From an uncultured virus (IMG/VR IMGVR_UViG_3300032288_005212) (lineage: Duplodnaviria; Heunggongvirae; Uroviricota; Caudoviricetes), in the IMG/VR virus record IMGVR_UViG_3300032288_005212, positions 1 to 64,000 of that record: 64,000 bases of DNA; one strand, 5' to 3'. A program made the translations under genes and the position numbers. Below are positions 37,734 to 48,300 of this stretch, piece after piece; positions within the stretch are counted from its first letter, which is position 1, and each line of letters opens with the position of its first letter. The notes beneath the pieces are model-generated. The model saw only the letters and a list, made by a program, of their open reading frames with translations. It was not told the origin of the DNA and did not search any database.

Positions 37734-38033
37734 ATGTATACAGAAGATGAAGTAACTATTCTACAGCAATATCCGAGTCTTTCCGTGGAAGAACTGGCAG
37801 CTCAGCTGGGACGCAGTGAGAGATCAATTATTGGAAAGCTGAGTCGCCTGGGAATTTATCAGCGAAAAACCTATGTGAGCAAAACTGGTTCACCACCCAT
37901 TAGCAAACTGGAAATTGTGGCTGAGATAGAGTCTGCATTGCAGATGAAGCTTGAAGGGCTAGAAAAGAGTCCAAAAGGTGTATTGCTTTCTTTGCGAGAT
38001 AAACTGAGCGGCGGGGCATTTCCAAATTGCTAG
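37734..38033 (+). CDS. T5 A2-like small DNA-binding protein, paralog 3
   Basis: MYTEDE...SERSIIGKLSRLGIY...ISKLEIVAEI...LEGLEKSPK; promoter TTGACT-17-TATAAT at 37680-37708. Confidence 0.65.
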   Translation: MYTEDEVTILQQYPSLSVEELAAQLGRSERSIIGKLSRLGIYQRKTYVSKTGSPPISKLEIVAEIESALQMKLEGLEKSPKGVLLSLRDKLSGGAFPNC

Positions 38034-38061
38034 GAGAAGCTCCTTCGAAGGGAGAAAAAGT

Positions 38062-38090
38062 AAAGGGAAGCTTAGTTGCTTCCCTTTTTT
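38062..38090. terminator. Bidirectional-looking intrinsic terminator
   Basis: AAAGGGAAGC-TTAGTT-GCTTCCCTTTTTTT. Confidence 0.8.
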
Positions 38091-38094
38091 ATTA

Positions 38095-38468
38095 GTCCAT
38101 GAAAGTCGCATTAGTGTAAAAGTTACAGGCAAAATTAGCCCCTTCAGTAGAAGCAAGCCAAGTAGTTATTTAACGAAGATTAACTACTTGGCAATTGATT
38201 TAAACAAGTCAATGTTAAGAATACGCTGCTTAGAGTTAGTTCTTAATGTTCTATTTGATTTAGTTACAGTCGAAAAAAGATTAAACGACGAAGAACAATA
38301 AGTTGTGTCATTCACGGGACCGGGAGTCAAACTCCACCCTGAAACAGGGTACCCTCCGTGTGACCCGGTCCCGTTATAGGACACTAACTATTGTAACTTC
38401 TACTGTATAATTTTTTTCTCCGTCGGATTAGAACAATAAGAAGTTTCTGTTTTAGCTTCTCAAAAACA
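38095..38468. other. Non-coding, stem-loop-rich segment (injection-stop-signal-like DNA or ncRNA)
   Basis: 12-bp perfect stem at 38157-38192, multibranch stem at 38300-38390, long-range pairings; leftward promoter at 38475-38503. Confidence 0.5.
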
Positions 38469-38553
38469 TGAGATATAATATCATTTCGAGAGCAAAAAGT
38501 CAAGAACTTTTTTTCTGATGTATGACAATAAAAAAGGGCCTTCAAAGAGACCC

Positions 38554-38985
38554 TTATTCAACAACCTCATACACTGGTTCTACATAGTCAGCGCACTTCG
38601 GCGCAATCTTAGGAAAGTCGGGAGGATTATTCACTACCCTTTTCTCTCTTTCTGCAGGCTCATTCGGGCCAAGTGCAATTTCTGGAAACAGTTCTAATTG
38701 AATGGGCGAAGGCCCATAGCTGATATGTCGAAAGTATTTAATCGGCTTAGAACCAAATGGATGCTCTAAAGTTTCAGGAAATATATCAGGCTGAAGTACA
38801 TAATATGCAATTCTTTCAGGATATGTCCATCTAGTCCAATTTCCAAGCTCCGGAAAGTTTCTACGAACCCAGGAAGTAGATACTTCAGCTTCTTTCAATC
38901 CACCTCGATATAGTTTCTCAACTATTTCTGCTTGCTCAACAGTCCATGTATCATAAATTCTTTTAATAATATTCAAAACGACCAC
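38554..38985 (-). CDS. Hypothetical protein
   Basis: 143-aa ORF with GGAG SD and downstream terminator-like hairpin. Confidence 0.55.
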   Translation of the reverse strand: MVVLNIIKRIYDTWTVEQAEIVEKLYRGGLKEAEVSTSWVRRNFPELGNWTRWTYPERIAYYVLQPDIFPETLEHPFGSKPIKYFRHISYGPSPIQLELFPEIALGPNEPAEREKRVVNNPPDFPKIAPKCADYVEPVYEVVE

Positions 38986-39096
38986 TCCGCTTCATATGTA
39001 TATTTTAAAAAAGAAAACTGCAACGTAAAAAAGAAAATTCCCGTTAGCTTTTCATATTGTACTACAACAGTGGGAATTAAATATATTTTACCGCTC

Positions 39097-39309
39097 TTAA
39101 CTCGTCTTCGATACAGCAAACTTTTCTGCACCCGAAATGCCCAGACCCGCGATCGTAATGTACATAACGCCTTCAAAAATGAATTTTTCGACATTGTAAC
39201 CTCCAAAAAGGTTTGCTAGAAACCCGATACAAATAAGTACAGAACAAGCAAAAGTAACCAAACGCTTCGAAGAAAGGTGCCCATCATTATCTTGAAAAAA
39301 CCCATTCAT
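39097..39309 (-). CDS. Small 2-TM membrane protein (holin-like family)
   Basis: LSSKRLVTF...AGLGISGAEKF motif. Confidence 0.55.
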   Translation of the reverse strand: MNGFFQDNDGHLSSKRLVTFACSVLICIGFLANLFGGYNVEKFIFEGVMYITIAGLGISGAEKFAVSKTS

Positions 39310-39566
39310 CTCCGTCTCCTTTTTAGCGTTGCTCGATTCGTACGTTTGTTATACTTGTACGAACTAGCAGAACGCCCTGATGCTTTTCCGGCGCGCGCCT
39401 TCGCGCGAGCAGCGGGAGTCATCGCATTTCTCTTCTTTCCTTTCGCAGTGAGCTTTGTTCCTCGCAGAACACCAGCTTTATTTAAAAAAGCGTAAGCTGC
39501 GCTCTTGGCGTTTTTCACGCCTTTGGCACGAAGTTGCCTCGTTAATCTCTCGACTATGGCAGGCAT
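39306..39566 (-). CDS. Highly basic K/R/A-rich protein
   Basis: 86 aa with almost no acidic residues. Confidence 0.65.
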   Translation of the reverse strand: MPAIVERLTRQLRAKGVKNAKSAAYAFLNKAGVLRGTKLTAKGKKRNAMTPAARAKARAGKASGRSASSYKYNKRTNRATLKRRRR

Positions 39567-39650
39567 TTATTTCTTCTTTTTCTTACGCTTTTTTTCTTCT
39601 TTATGAGGTTTGCCTTCGTCGTGACGCTCTTTTCTCTTTTTACCGGCCAT
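39567..39650 (-). CDS. 27-aa Lys-rich peptide
   Basis: MAGKKRKERHDEGKPHKEEKKRKKKKK; AGGAG SD; stop abuts next ATG. Confidence 0.55.
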   Translation of the reverse strand: MAGKKRKERHDEGKPHKEEKKRKKKKK

Positions 39651-39685
39651 TCTAATTCTCCTTCGCTTTGGCTTTTATTAGCCAC

Positions 39686-40186
39686 AAAAAAAGCCTCACG
39701 AAGAGGCTTGAAGATGAAATCTTCCGAGGATGCGAGGGGGGAACAGCCTAAGTGTGGTCTTACGTTCGCCCCCCTCGCTGGGGAAAAGGGGAGAGGTTTC
39801 TAACGAACCACCTCTCTAAAACGTGTTGCCTAGGACTGTAATGGAATACACTAGGACTGTCCATCAGAAGAAATTAGATAACCCATCTTCTTTCTTCCTA
39901 CGGCCTCGAGGGCGCTGCTTTTTTGATACGGAAAGTTGTAAACCGGCGTTTTTTCAAAACTGCAAAAATAAGACAGTTCACGCAATGTCAATTCGGCGTT
40001 TATACAAAACTGCAAAAGGAACAAGGGATTTCTGTTCAATTGTATCTCCGTCGAGATAGCACCCTGGTATGAGTTAAAATATAAGGCGAATATCCGGTTT
40101 AATATTCATTAATCTTTTATCTCTTAACTGGAAGAGGCCCTAACAACCTTTTTAACTCAATTCGAACTCCCTTTCTCTCACAACAT
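39686..40186 (-). ncRNA. Candidate ~500-nt structured non-coding RNA
   Basis: Promoter TTGACT-17-TATAAT (40193-40221), terminator AAGCCTC-TTCGT-GAGGCTTTTTTT (39686-39709), no credible ORF, about 10 hairpins. Confidence 0.6.
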
Positions 40187-40259
40187 GGGAATATTATAAG
40201 GGTTGGGAGTTCAAAAGTCAAGAACTTTTTTTGGCCTGGTGACTTGAAAATTAAAAGAG

Positions 40260-40970
40260 TTAACTCCTTGTATTTTTAAGAAAAAGCCGATCACTCTTCT
40301 CTCCTTCAATAACATTTTCAACTACAAAACTTTCAAGAAGTTTCTCTACTCCGTTGTTTACACCTCTTCGACTATCAAATATAATTATAGCATTTTTAGC
40401 TGCATTATTCTTGATAAAAGAAATATATTCATCACAGGGGTAATGAAACCCCATTGAAAGAAGTGAAAGAAACAGTGTAAATTCAAATTTTGGAACTTCT
40501 TCCTTTTGAGGATTGCAGATTCTTACATTTGCATTTACATTACTTAAAATAAAAGATTTAGTACTTTCCAGGTTTGCATAGCCTGCTCCTTTTGAAGCAA
40601 AACCATGGTTACGATTATCAGTATCTTCTACATCAATTAGTACAATTTCAGAAGTAAGTTCTTCTGTAAGAAGAAGTAGTTCGATTATTCCATTGCCTGG
40701 ACCAATCGAAACTATTTTATTTAAACATTCTTTATTAAGAAATGCTTTTAGCTCCTTTACTTCAGTACTAATTTCTGAGACAAGTTCTTGAATATAAGAT
40801 TTAGTAAGATTATTATTATTTAAAAAATTTACAATACCTTGTTTATCTCCATAATTAAACCAGTTATGAAGAGCAGCACCACCGCCAAGGCGTAAAAAAG
40901 ACCCAGTTCTTTGAATAACTAGATCAGCTAGAAACTCTGGATTGACCGGCAGTTTTATTTCCGACAGCAT
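40260..40970 (-). CDS. Class I SAM-dependent methyltransferase
   Basis: IVSIGPGNG, LIDVE and SLLSMGFHYP motifs. Confidence 0.7.
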   Translation of the reverse strand: MLSEIKLPVNPEFLADLVIQRTGSFLRLGGGAALHNWFNYGDKQGIVNFLNNNNLTKSYIQELVSEISTEVKELKAFLNKECLNKIVSIGPGNGIIELLLLTEELTSEIVLIDVEDTDNRNHGFASKGAGYANLESTKSFILSNVNANVRICNPQKEEVPKFEFTLFLSLLSMGFHYPCDEYISFIKNNAAKNAIIIFDSRRGVNNGVEKLLESFVVENVIEGEKSDRLFLKNTRS

Positions 40971-41194
40971 TTTTCAGCCATCCGACTGACAGCTTCAACA
41001 GCATCATTTGATGTTGTGTTCGCTTCGACGGCGAGAGCTTTTGCTTCAACGGCGAGAGCCTTTGCTTCTTCGGCAACAACTCGCGCATCAAGAGCAGCAG
41101 CCATCGCCTGCTTGCTTTCCGTAATCTCTACCGTTGGTCCTTCCGTGGTGCAGCCTACCAAAGTGAGTGCCGCTACTAGTGCAAAATACTTCAT
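40955..41194 (-). CDS. OprI/Lpp-like alanine-zipper lipoprotein
   Basis: Lipobox LVGC, repeated AEEAKALAVEAKALA, C-terminal RMAEKCCRK. Confidence 0.7.
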   Translation of the reverse strand: MKYFALVAALTLVGCTTEGPTVEITESKQAMAAALDARVVAEEAKALAVEAKALAVEANTTSNDAVEAVSRMAEKCCRK

Positions 41195-41333
41195 TCATAC
41201 TCCTTTTCAATTATCTTAGCCGTTAGCTCTATTGCATATTCATGCGAAAGAGCAAATTGCTTTACAAGTTCATTTACAATATCATCAAAAGGTTCGTGCC
41301 ACATCTCGAGCACTACAGCTTCAATTTCTGGAT

Positions 41334-41746
41334 TCATCGTCCAATATCTTTTATATTCTCTCTGCTAATAACCTGGTAAGCACCTTTGTTATAAGCAATC
41401 GCAACAGTGTACTTCGAACTCACTTCCTTTTGATAAGAAAGATCCTTAGGCTCCACATATTTTCCAATAGGTGCAGAAGGAATCTTGCTCTCTGCTTTGC
41501 GATTACTAGAGACTTGCAGAGGAACAAACGGAGCTCGAGGCTTCCTTGCCCGAGCAGTTTTACGACGCTTTGAAGGCATCGGATTTACATAGACCATCAT
41601 CGGCCTTGACCTCGATACGCTTTGTAAGACCTCCTCTGTGTTTTATTCATTGAAGAAGTCTTAACCATCGCAGGGTTGCCGCTGACAGCGGTCTTCTTCG
41701 GTGGATTAGTTTTAGTCTTCTGATTACCAGTACCAATTCTTGCCAT
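41334..41746 (-). CDS. Two small basic phage proteins (41597-41746 ending YKAYRGQGR; 41334-41600 with IAYNKGAYQVI)
   Basis: Motifs recurrent in T4/T5-like phages; coupled. Confidence 0.6.
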
Positions 41747-41748
41747 TT

Positions 41749-42276
41749 TTAGTCCCAAAGATTACGATAATATTTACCAAACAAACGAAAACCATTCTGA
41801 GCGCGAAGCTCTCGTTTTGAGTCATACGGCTGATCGTCTTCCACAATATGTTCAAAAGCGTAGATCATTTCGTTCAGAATCCAGTCCCAACGATAGAAAT
41901 GATAAACGTCTGTATCCCAGTCATTTTCTTTTGGAGGAGCATACGTGCTACGAATATATTCGGGCACATCCTCATCATCCGTGTAGGGCGCTCCGTGCTT
42001 TGTATCTCGAAGTTGTTTCAACATTGGAAGAATGATCGGAGCGAGAGTCGAGTCCATTCCCCAGGTATCGTACTTATCAATACGAACACTCACACGACGC
42101 TTTTCAAAAAACTTTAGACGAGCCGTGCCAATCTTATCTACCAGCTTACCAAGTCGAGTACAAGCAAACTTCTCCCCAATCTCAAAACGCCGGTCTTCCG
42201 AAAGAAAGAAAAAAACGCTATCAATCAACTGATACGGGCCGTACCAGTTCGTATACTTTCGAATTACGACTTTCAT
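41749..42276 (-). CDS. Conserved phage hypothetical protein
   Basis: IDKYDTWGMDSTLAPIILPMLKQL...WDWILNEMIYAFE...GFRLFGKYYRNLWD. Confidence 0.7.
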   Translation of the reverse strand: MKVVIRKYTNWYGPYQLIDSVFFFLSEDRRFEIGEKFACTRLGKLVDKIGTARLKFFEKRRVSVRIDKYDTWGMDSTLAPIILPMLKQLRDTKHGAPYTDDEDVPEYIRSTYAPPKENDWDTDVYHFYRWDWILNEMIYAFEHIVEDDQPYDSKRELRAQNGFRLFGKYYRNLWD

Positions 42277-42383
42277 TGATTTGCCTCTTTAGATCACGAA
42301 TTTCGTCAGCAGCAAGAAACATAATTCCTGCGTAGATAGACATATTTGCCATACGAAGAAGTTTTTCTCCGTACTCTTCGAGT

Positions 42384-45300
42384 TTACTCTCCATGATCCA
42401 CCTCAAAACAAATATCCGTTTTGTCCAGATAGATACGAGTAACCACTTTATTTACATCAGGAAGCATAGTTCCAACAGCAATAAAAGGGCCGCCAGAAGG
42501 ATCTACAAAACCGAGTTCGTTGTAGTTGACAGTTTCTTGTCCTTCCTTACCGCCAAAACGAAAGTAGCTACCACCCTTCATTACATAATGGTCACCTTCA
42601 GCATCAAAGGTAATTATTTCGCCATAACGATTTCGCATACATTCTCTCCCGTAAAGAAGATATTATAAGGCTTTTTTAGTTGCAAGTCAAGAACTATTTT
42701 TCCCACCACTCGTAGACAGAGTTTGCAGTACGAAAACGCACATAATTTCTCACTTCGAGCAGTATCTCTTCAATTGGCGAAGTCTGCCAGGCAAGGTTTT
42801 TTCCAATTGAAAGAGGGCCTACTCGCATACAGACCCCCACTCGAGGACTTGCGTGATATTGAATACACTCCTCTCGATTTTCGTACCATATAGCAGCAGA
42901 AAGCGGGCCACTAGAGCCCGCTCCATCACCAACCCTCTTCAGAAAGTAGGCCATCTTTCCACTCCTGAAACTGACGAGGAGACATATAGAACTCCAGTAC
43001 AGTTTCAAGTGCCGCAAGAAGTCGATGGTCGTTCTCTTTTATTACGTCATCATAGGCTTGAGCAAGCTCATTTCGAATAAGAGTAGCAATTTGCTCGTGC
43101 TCAATATCAATTTCAAATTTCATAGTGAACTCCAGTGTGAAAAGAAAAAATTAGCAATAATAAAAAGATTAGTAATCACTGATTGAACAATGAGAAAAGT
43201 ACGAATCCAAGCAACTTTATCTGCTTCGGAATCGCTACCTACTTTCTCTCCGAGAGCTTTTGCCCACAGTGACCACATTTTCATTCTTCGTCTTCGACTA
43301 CAAAGTGAATTTCAGAACCTAACGCAGCTTGAAAAGCTGACTCAATATATGCCGTATCTTCGACATATTCCCAGCTATCATCCTTTTCAATATGCTTGAT
43401 CCACTCTCCATCAGGACCACGCTCAAAAGTTCCGTTTTCTGTTTCCATCGTGTAAAAACGTCTTTCATAAATTGCAGTAATCATATATGCTCCCACCACT
43501 CGTATATTGAGTTGCTTGTTCGAAATCGAACGTAGTTTTCAGACTCTTCGAGAATCTCTGTAATCAGAGATGTTTGCCACCAATCCTGGTAACTATAGGT
43601 TCGTCCACCAATTGAACCCACTCGCATAGCAACGCCCACTACGGGGCGCGCTCCATGAGAGAGCTTAACTTGTCCATTTTCTAACCAAAGTGCAAGAGAC
43701 ATTCCACCACTGTCGCCAGCCCCATCACTTTCTCGTCGAAGATTATACATTCTGTTCCTCTATACTATTGTGCAGGTCAAGATAGCCTGCGCACTGTGCT
43801 TGAGCATATGCTTCTGGCCCAAAGCCAAAGGTATCATACAGCACGCCACGATAAGTTCGATTTTCAACTAGTTCTGCTTTATGTATTCTTCGTACAACTG
43901 CACAAAATGCTTTTAGTTGATCCTCTTTTGAAAGAGAATTCCAAAATTCCTCTTGTTCTGCTTCTAGTGACTCCATTGCTTCCTTAAAGATTTTACTAAA
44001 TTCTTCCAAAGCTTCAAGCATGATTGTCGCACCTCGTTTTGAGCCAACCACCTTTTACGAAATTTTGCCCAGGTGATCCACAGATTTCACAAACATTATT
44101 GCTCATGCACTCTGCCATTCCAATCGCACCTTCGATGAATTCGTCAGCATAATGAGAATAAACTCGAAGTCCACCAAACTTTTCTTTGATTTGAACAACT
44201 TCGAATACGCCATCAAGCGGAGTGCGAGCTACATGACAATTAATCGTATGCAAAAGATTTTTAATCAAAGAATGCCATCCTTTTCCTACTGCAAAAATGC
44301 AATCATGTGATAGAATATCTTCATATTTTTCTCGAAGATCGTTCATTTTTTCTTTTCCCACGCCCAGTTATCTGTTGCCCAATCAAGTATACAATCATTA
44401 AATGAATACTCTCCGTCCCCATACTTTCGGCACATCGCCTTATGCCAGAATGGAAAATAGTCACGACGAATATCTTCTTCGGTGACAGTTACAATATGAC
44501 CATCACCATATTCATCGTATGCGTCATATTGAAAATATCTCATTCGTCACCATCCCATTCAATACCGTTATTATAACACCATTCTTTAATAATGTCAATG
44601 CTTTTTTGCGCCTGGGCCTCTTCTGCATCCCAAGTTTCTTGAGTGTAGTTATCTCCGCCACAACCACAGTCACAGCCAAAACGCACAGCCATACGAGTAG
44701 GACTCCAGAGAGCTTGCTCGTAGTTTGAAAACATATACTTGAGTTCAGAAAATTTCATTTCTTTTTTGCAGCCTTATTTGCCTATTTAAGTCTTCCCAAA
44801 GATTGATAGCTTCTTCTCGCGTATCTGCAGTTATATTTATACCACATTCATCATCCAAGTCAGGACATCGAATAGTCCAACACCAGTTCGACTGGGGAGC
44901 TTCTGCGTTTGAAATATAAGTTTTGGTTCCATCTTCTTCAAGAACCCATGCTTCGCCAGTAGGCTCTGGCTTAAATATAGTACCACATACAGGACATTTC
45001 ATTTTTTAACTCCAAAGTGTTCCTTTATCTCATCACCAATAATATCAAGACCGTAGTCATCTACATGAACATCAATACATTCCTGAATAATCAACTGTAC
45101 GAAATATTCAAGCTCATCATCAGTAAACACCCAAGCAGGAGCAGAGATGTTCTCTACAATGGCTTCCAGAGCCAGGTCTCTAATTCGTATATTCATGCTA
45201 GTCTCTCATCCAAGGTCTTGGAGCATACGCTGCCATCATTATTTCACGCATTAGCATATTTTCTTTTCGCAACTCTTCCACTTCTTTTTTCAGAGCTGCG

Positions 45301-48300
45301 TACTCACACGTTTGATGATGCGTCTTTGCATTTACGTTAAATTTGCAATGAGGGCACCACTGAGCATGAGTGAATATGTCAAAACACTCACAGAGATCTA
45401 TCGGAGAAAAGCACGTTCCGCAGACTTCACGATTCATGTTTACTCCTTGCGCGAATGGCGGCAGCTTTAATGTCAAGAAGCTCGACACCTTCTTCACCAC
45501 CAATGTATCCCCATATAGCGTCGCGGCGGTGTTCTTCATCTGGCTCTACCAACTTCGCACACGCTTCCCGCTCATGCGCTGCGATGAGGGCGGCAAACTT
45601 CTCTAGCTGTACTATACCCATCATCCAGACTGTGTTCTGAGATGGCAGTGCAACTTCTGCGTAAGGCTCTTCTGAGATAGCCTTTCGTGCCATCTCAATT
45701 AGATTAAGACGATTCATGTTTACTCCTTGCGCGCATGGAGTCATAAATAACTTGTACTGGAGACTCACGTATGGCGGCGGCAACCTCTGATAACGTTAAA
45801 TAGTGTTCAGCGAGGATGCTATCTTCGCATACTCGTGCACACGCTTCTCGCTCATGCGCTGCGACAAGGGCGGCGAAGCGTTCAAGAAATGCAATATCAC
45901 TTGAAGACATCGCCCAAGTGAAATTGACTTCACGTGCCATGCGGATGATATCATCACGATTCATGTTGCCACCAGGTGATTTTTCCATGAACTTTTTCAT
46001 ACTCGGCGATCAACTCTTCGTATGGCATGACTTCTTCTGTTTCAAAGGTGTCCAGCCAGTTTGTCAGATTGCCCCAGTCTTGCCGATGCATCATGCTCAA
46101 CGCATACTCCTCTGGGTACTCTGAGTCTGTGCCGTAGATGTCGATGCGACCAGTGGCCCAACAGTCGCCGTGTTTCTCGGTCCAGTCAAGAGATACAGGT
46201 CCCATCCAGTTGGTGCTATAGTGGATCATCGCTTGAGTCCAAAACGATTGACTTTGAGCCAGTCTAATTGACTAACCGCTTCATCATGTCCATGCCATGA
46301 CAAATTATCCTGACATTCCCGAATCAATAACTCGGCGAATTTTTCAACATCCATCATTGCTGGAACTATACTGTCTCCCCACTCACCTGCACCTGCCTGC
46401 AGGGCAAGTTCTCTAATTCGTTCGTTCATACCCGTTTCACCTGCCAGCAATGACTGCGACCTTTGACACCGTCATCATATTGTAACTCCAAGTCGCCCCA
46501 GAAGGACTCTGGTCCATCGTAGTGACGAATCTGACGAATCACTGTGGCTTCCATTTTTGCGGGACCCACATATACACGATCCCCCGCCTGAAATGGTGCA
46601 GGCTTCTGAACGATATCATTCTCCATAATATACACCCTTTGGTAGATCAGGTCGATACTTCCACAGCCAAAAGTCTGCCATGGGCATATGCCTGCTGGGA
46701 AAGTACCAGACTTTTCGATAGCCCAGACTCTGCATGAATTTGTCAAAGTACCAGCGTATCATCACTCAATACCAAAGTGTTCTCGCCAAGCAGCAGCAAT
46801 ATGGCGATTATAGAGTTCGTTGTCAACCAAAGCATTTGCACACTCCGAAATAATCAGACGAGCAAACTGCTCTAGTTCTGCATCGTAGAACTGCCACACA
46901 GGCGGAACGTGCTTTCGTGTGCCTGCGGCGTCTTCAGCAAGTTTACGCAAGAGCACATCATTCATTTCAGTATGCTCCCCAGTCCCCGCCGCTCAGTGCG
47001 GCTTCAACTCTTGTGACGATATAGCCGTCATTGCTGTAGTCGTGGATGTACCTTAGCAACTCCTCCAACTCCGCGATGCGGGCGCGGAGGTAGGCGATTT
47101 CTTCCGTGATGCTTTCCTGATCTCCAATGGTCAGACGAATATCACCCAAGCCGAGATGGAAGTCTTTATGATGCCGCCGCATCTCAAACATCGATTCAAT
47201 GTCCATCATTCCCTCCCGCCGCTCAGGGCGGCTTTAGCGTTGCGGTATGTAGCCGATCCGAATCCGAGAGCGCGCCATGTTTTGTACTCGCTTTCTCCGT
47301 AGTCGCGTATATTATCTCTGAGAAACCAATACTCCATGTTATCTACTGCGCCGCGAAGAGCAGCCTCCAACTCCGCGATGCGGCGGTCCTTCGCAGCGTT
47401 CTCCGCGCGGAGGCGTTCAAGCTCAGCGGTTTGCTCTTGAGCGATATCGTCATCATGATTCATGTTTAATTCTCGCAAGAACATTTAGAAGTTCAAATTC
47501 GCCATACGTCAAACTAAAATGCTTATCGTCAATAGTTACGTCAAACCCTTCGCCATTGTTCCACTCAGTAACTTCCATGAAAGAGTGATCTTTTGCCAAA
47601 TGGCAGTACTCTTTCAAGGGTGCGAATACAGCTTTACGATTATAGAATTCCATCGTCATCCTCCAGGCAATATCCAATGCCAATATCAACGTAAGTTTGA
47701 CCATTTTCATTATAGCGACGAACATTATAATTACCACGATAATGGTAACTACGAACGCCGTCACTAATCAAAATCTCTACGTCTCCAATATCAGCTTGGA
47801 GAAGTTGAAGTTCACTAATCATATCACTGATTTTCATTTATCACCATTGCATTATGCATTTCAAGAAAGCCCGCATCCATTGCACGAACATAGGAATTGA
47901 AATCAAACTCAAATACGTCGTAAAGAATGTGACGGTAAGTTCCTTTTACTACAAACTCTCCGTCACAAATCCGTCGCACTACGGCGCAAAATACATCAAG
48001 TTGTTGCTCTTTTGAAAGCGAACTCCAAGTTTCCTCTTCTCGAGCACGATATACTTTTCGAGCCTGTTCAAAAGCTCCCCGAAGTTCTTCAATCACTTCT
48101 TTCATCTGTAACTTTCCAAAGAAGAATTATTATAGTGCATAAAACTAAAAAAGTCAACATTCATTCAGTCGTGCTTCTGCATAAAGAGCGGCGTATGCAA
48201 TGAGATCTTCGCAACTATCAACGTGCCCTTTTTCTCTCTGCCTATCTCGTACCATTTTGAGTAGCGCAAGAATCAACATACCTTCAGCTTCGGTTAAATC

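Larger units (their letters stand above)
28850..38050 (+). other. GC-rich pre-early island; putative terminal repeat / first-step-transfer region
   Basis: Abrupt GC rise and strand switch; T5-equivalent position after TerS/RBP; A2-like genes; repeated intergenic modules. Confidence 0.65.

Noticed and set aside
40160-40172. tRNA/tmRNA T-arm (GGGAGTTCGAAT on minus strand)
   Set aside because: No complementary T-stem strand, acceptor stem or CCA follows.
38095-40186. Retron msr-msd or group I/II intron explanation for the structured regions
   Set aside because: No reverse transcriptase or interrupted gene nearby, and no recognisable catalytic core motifs.
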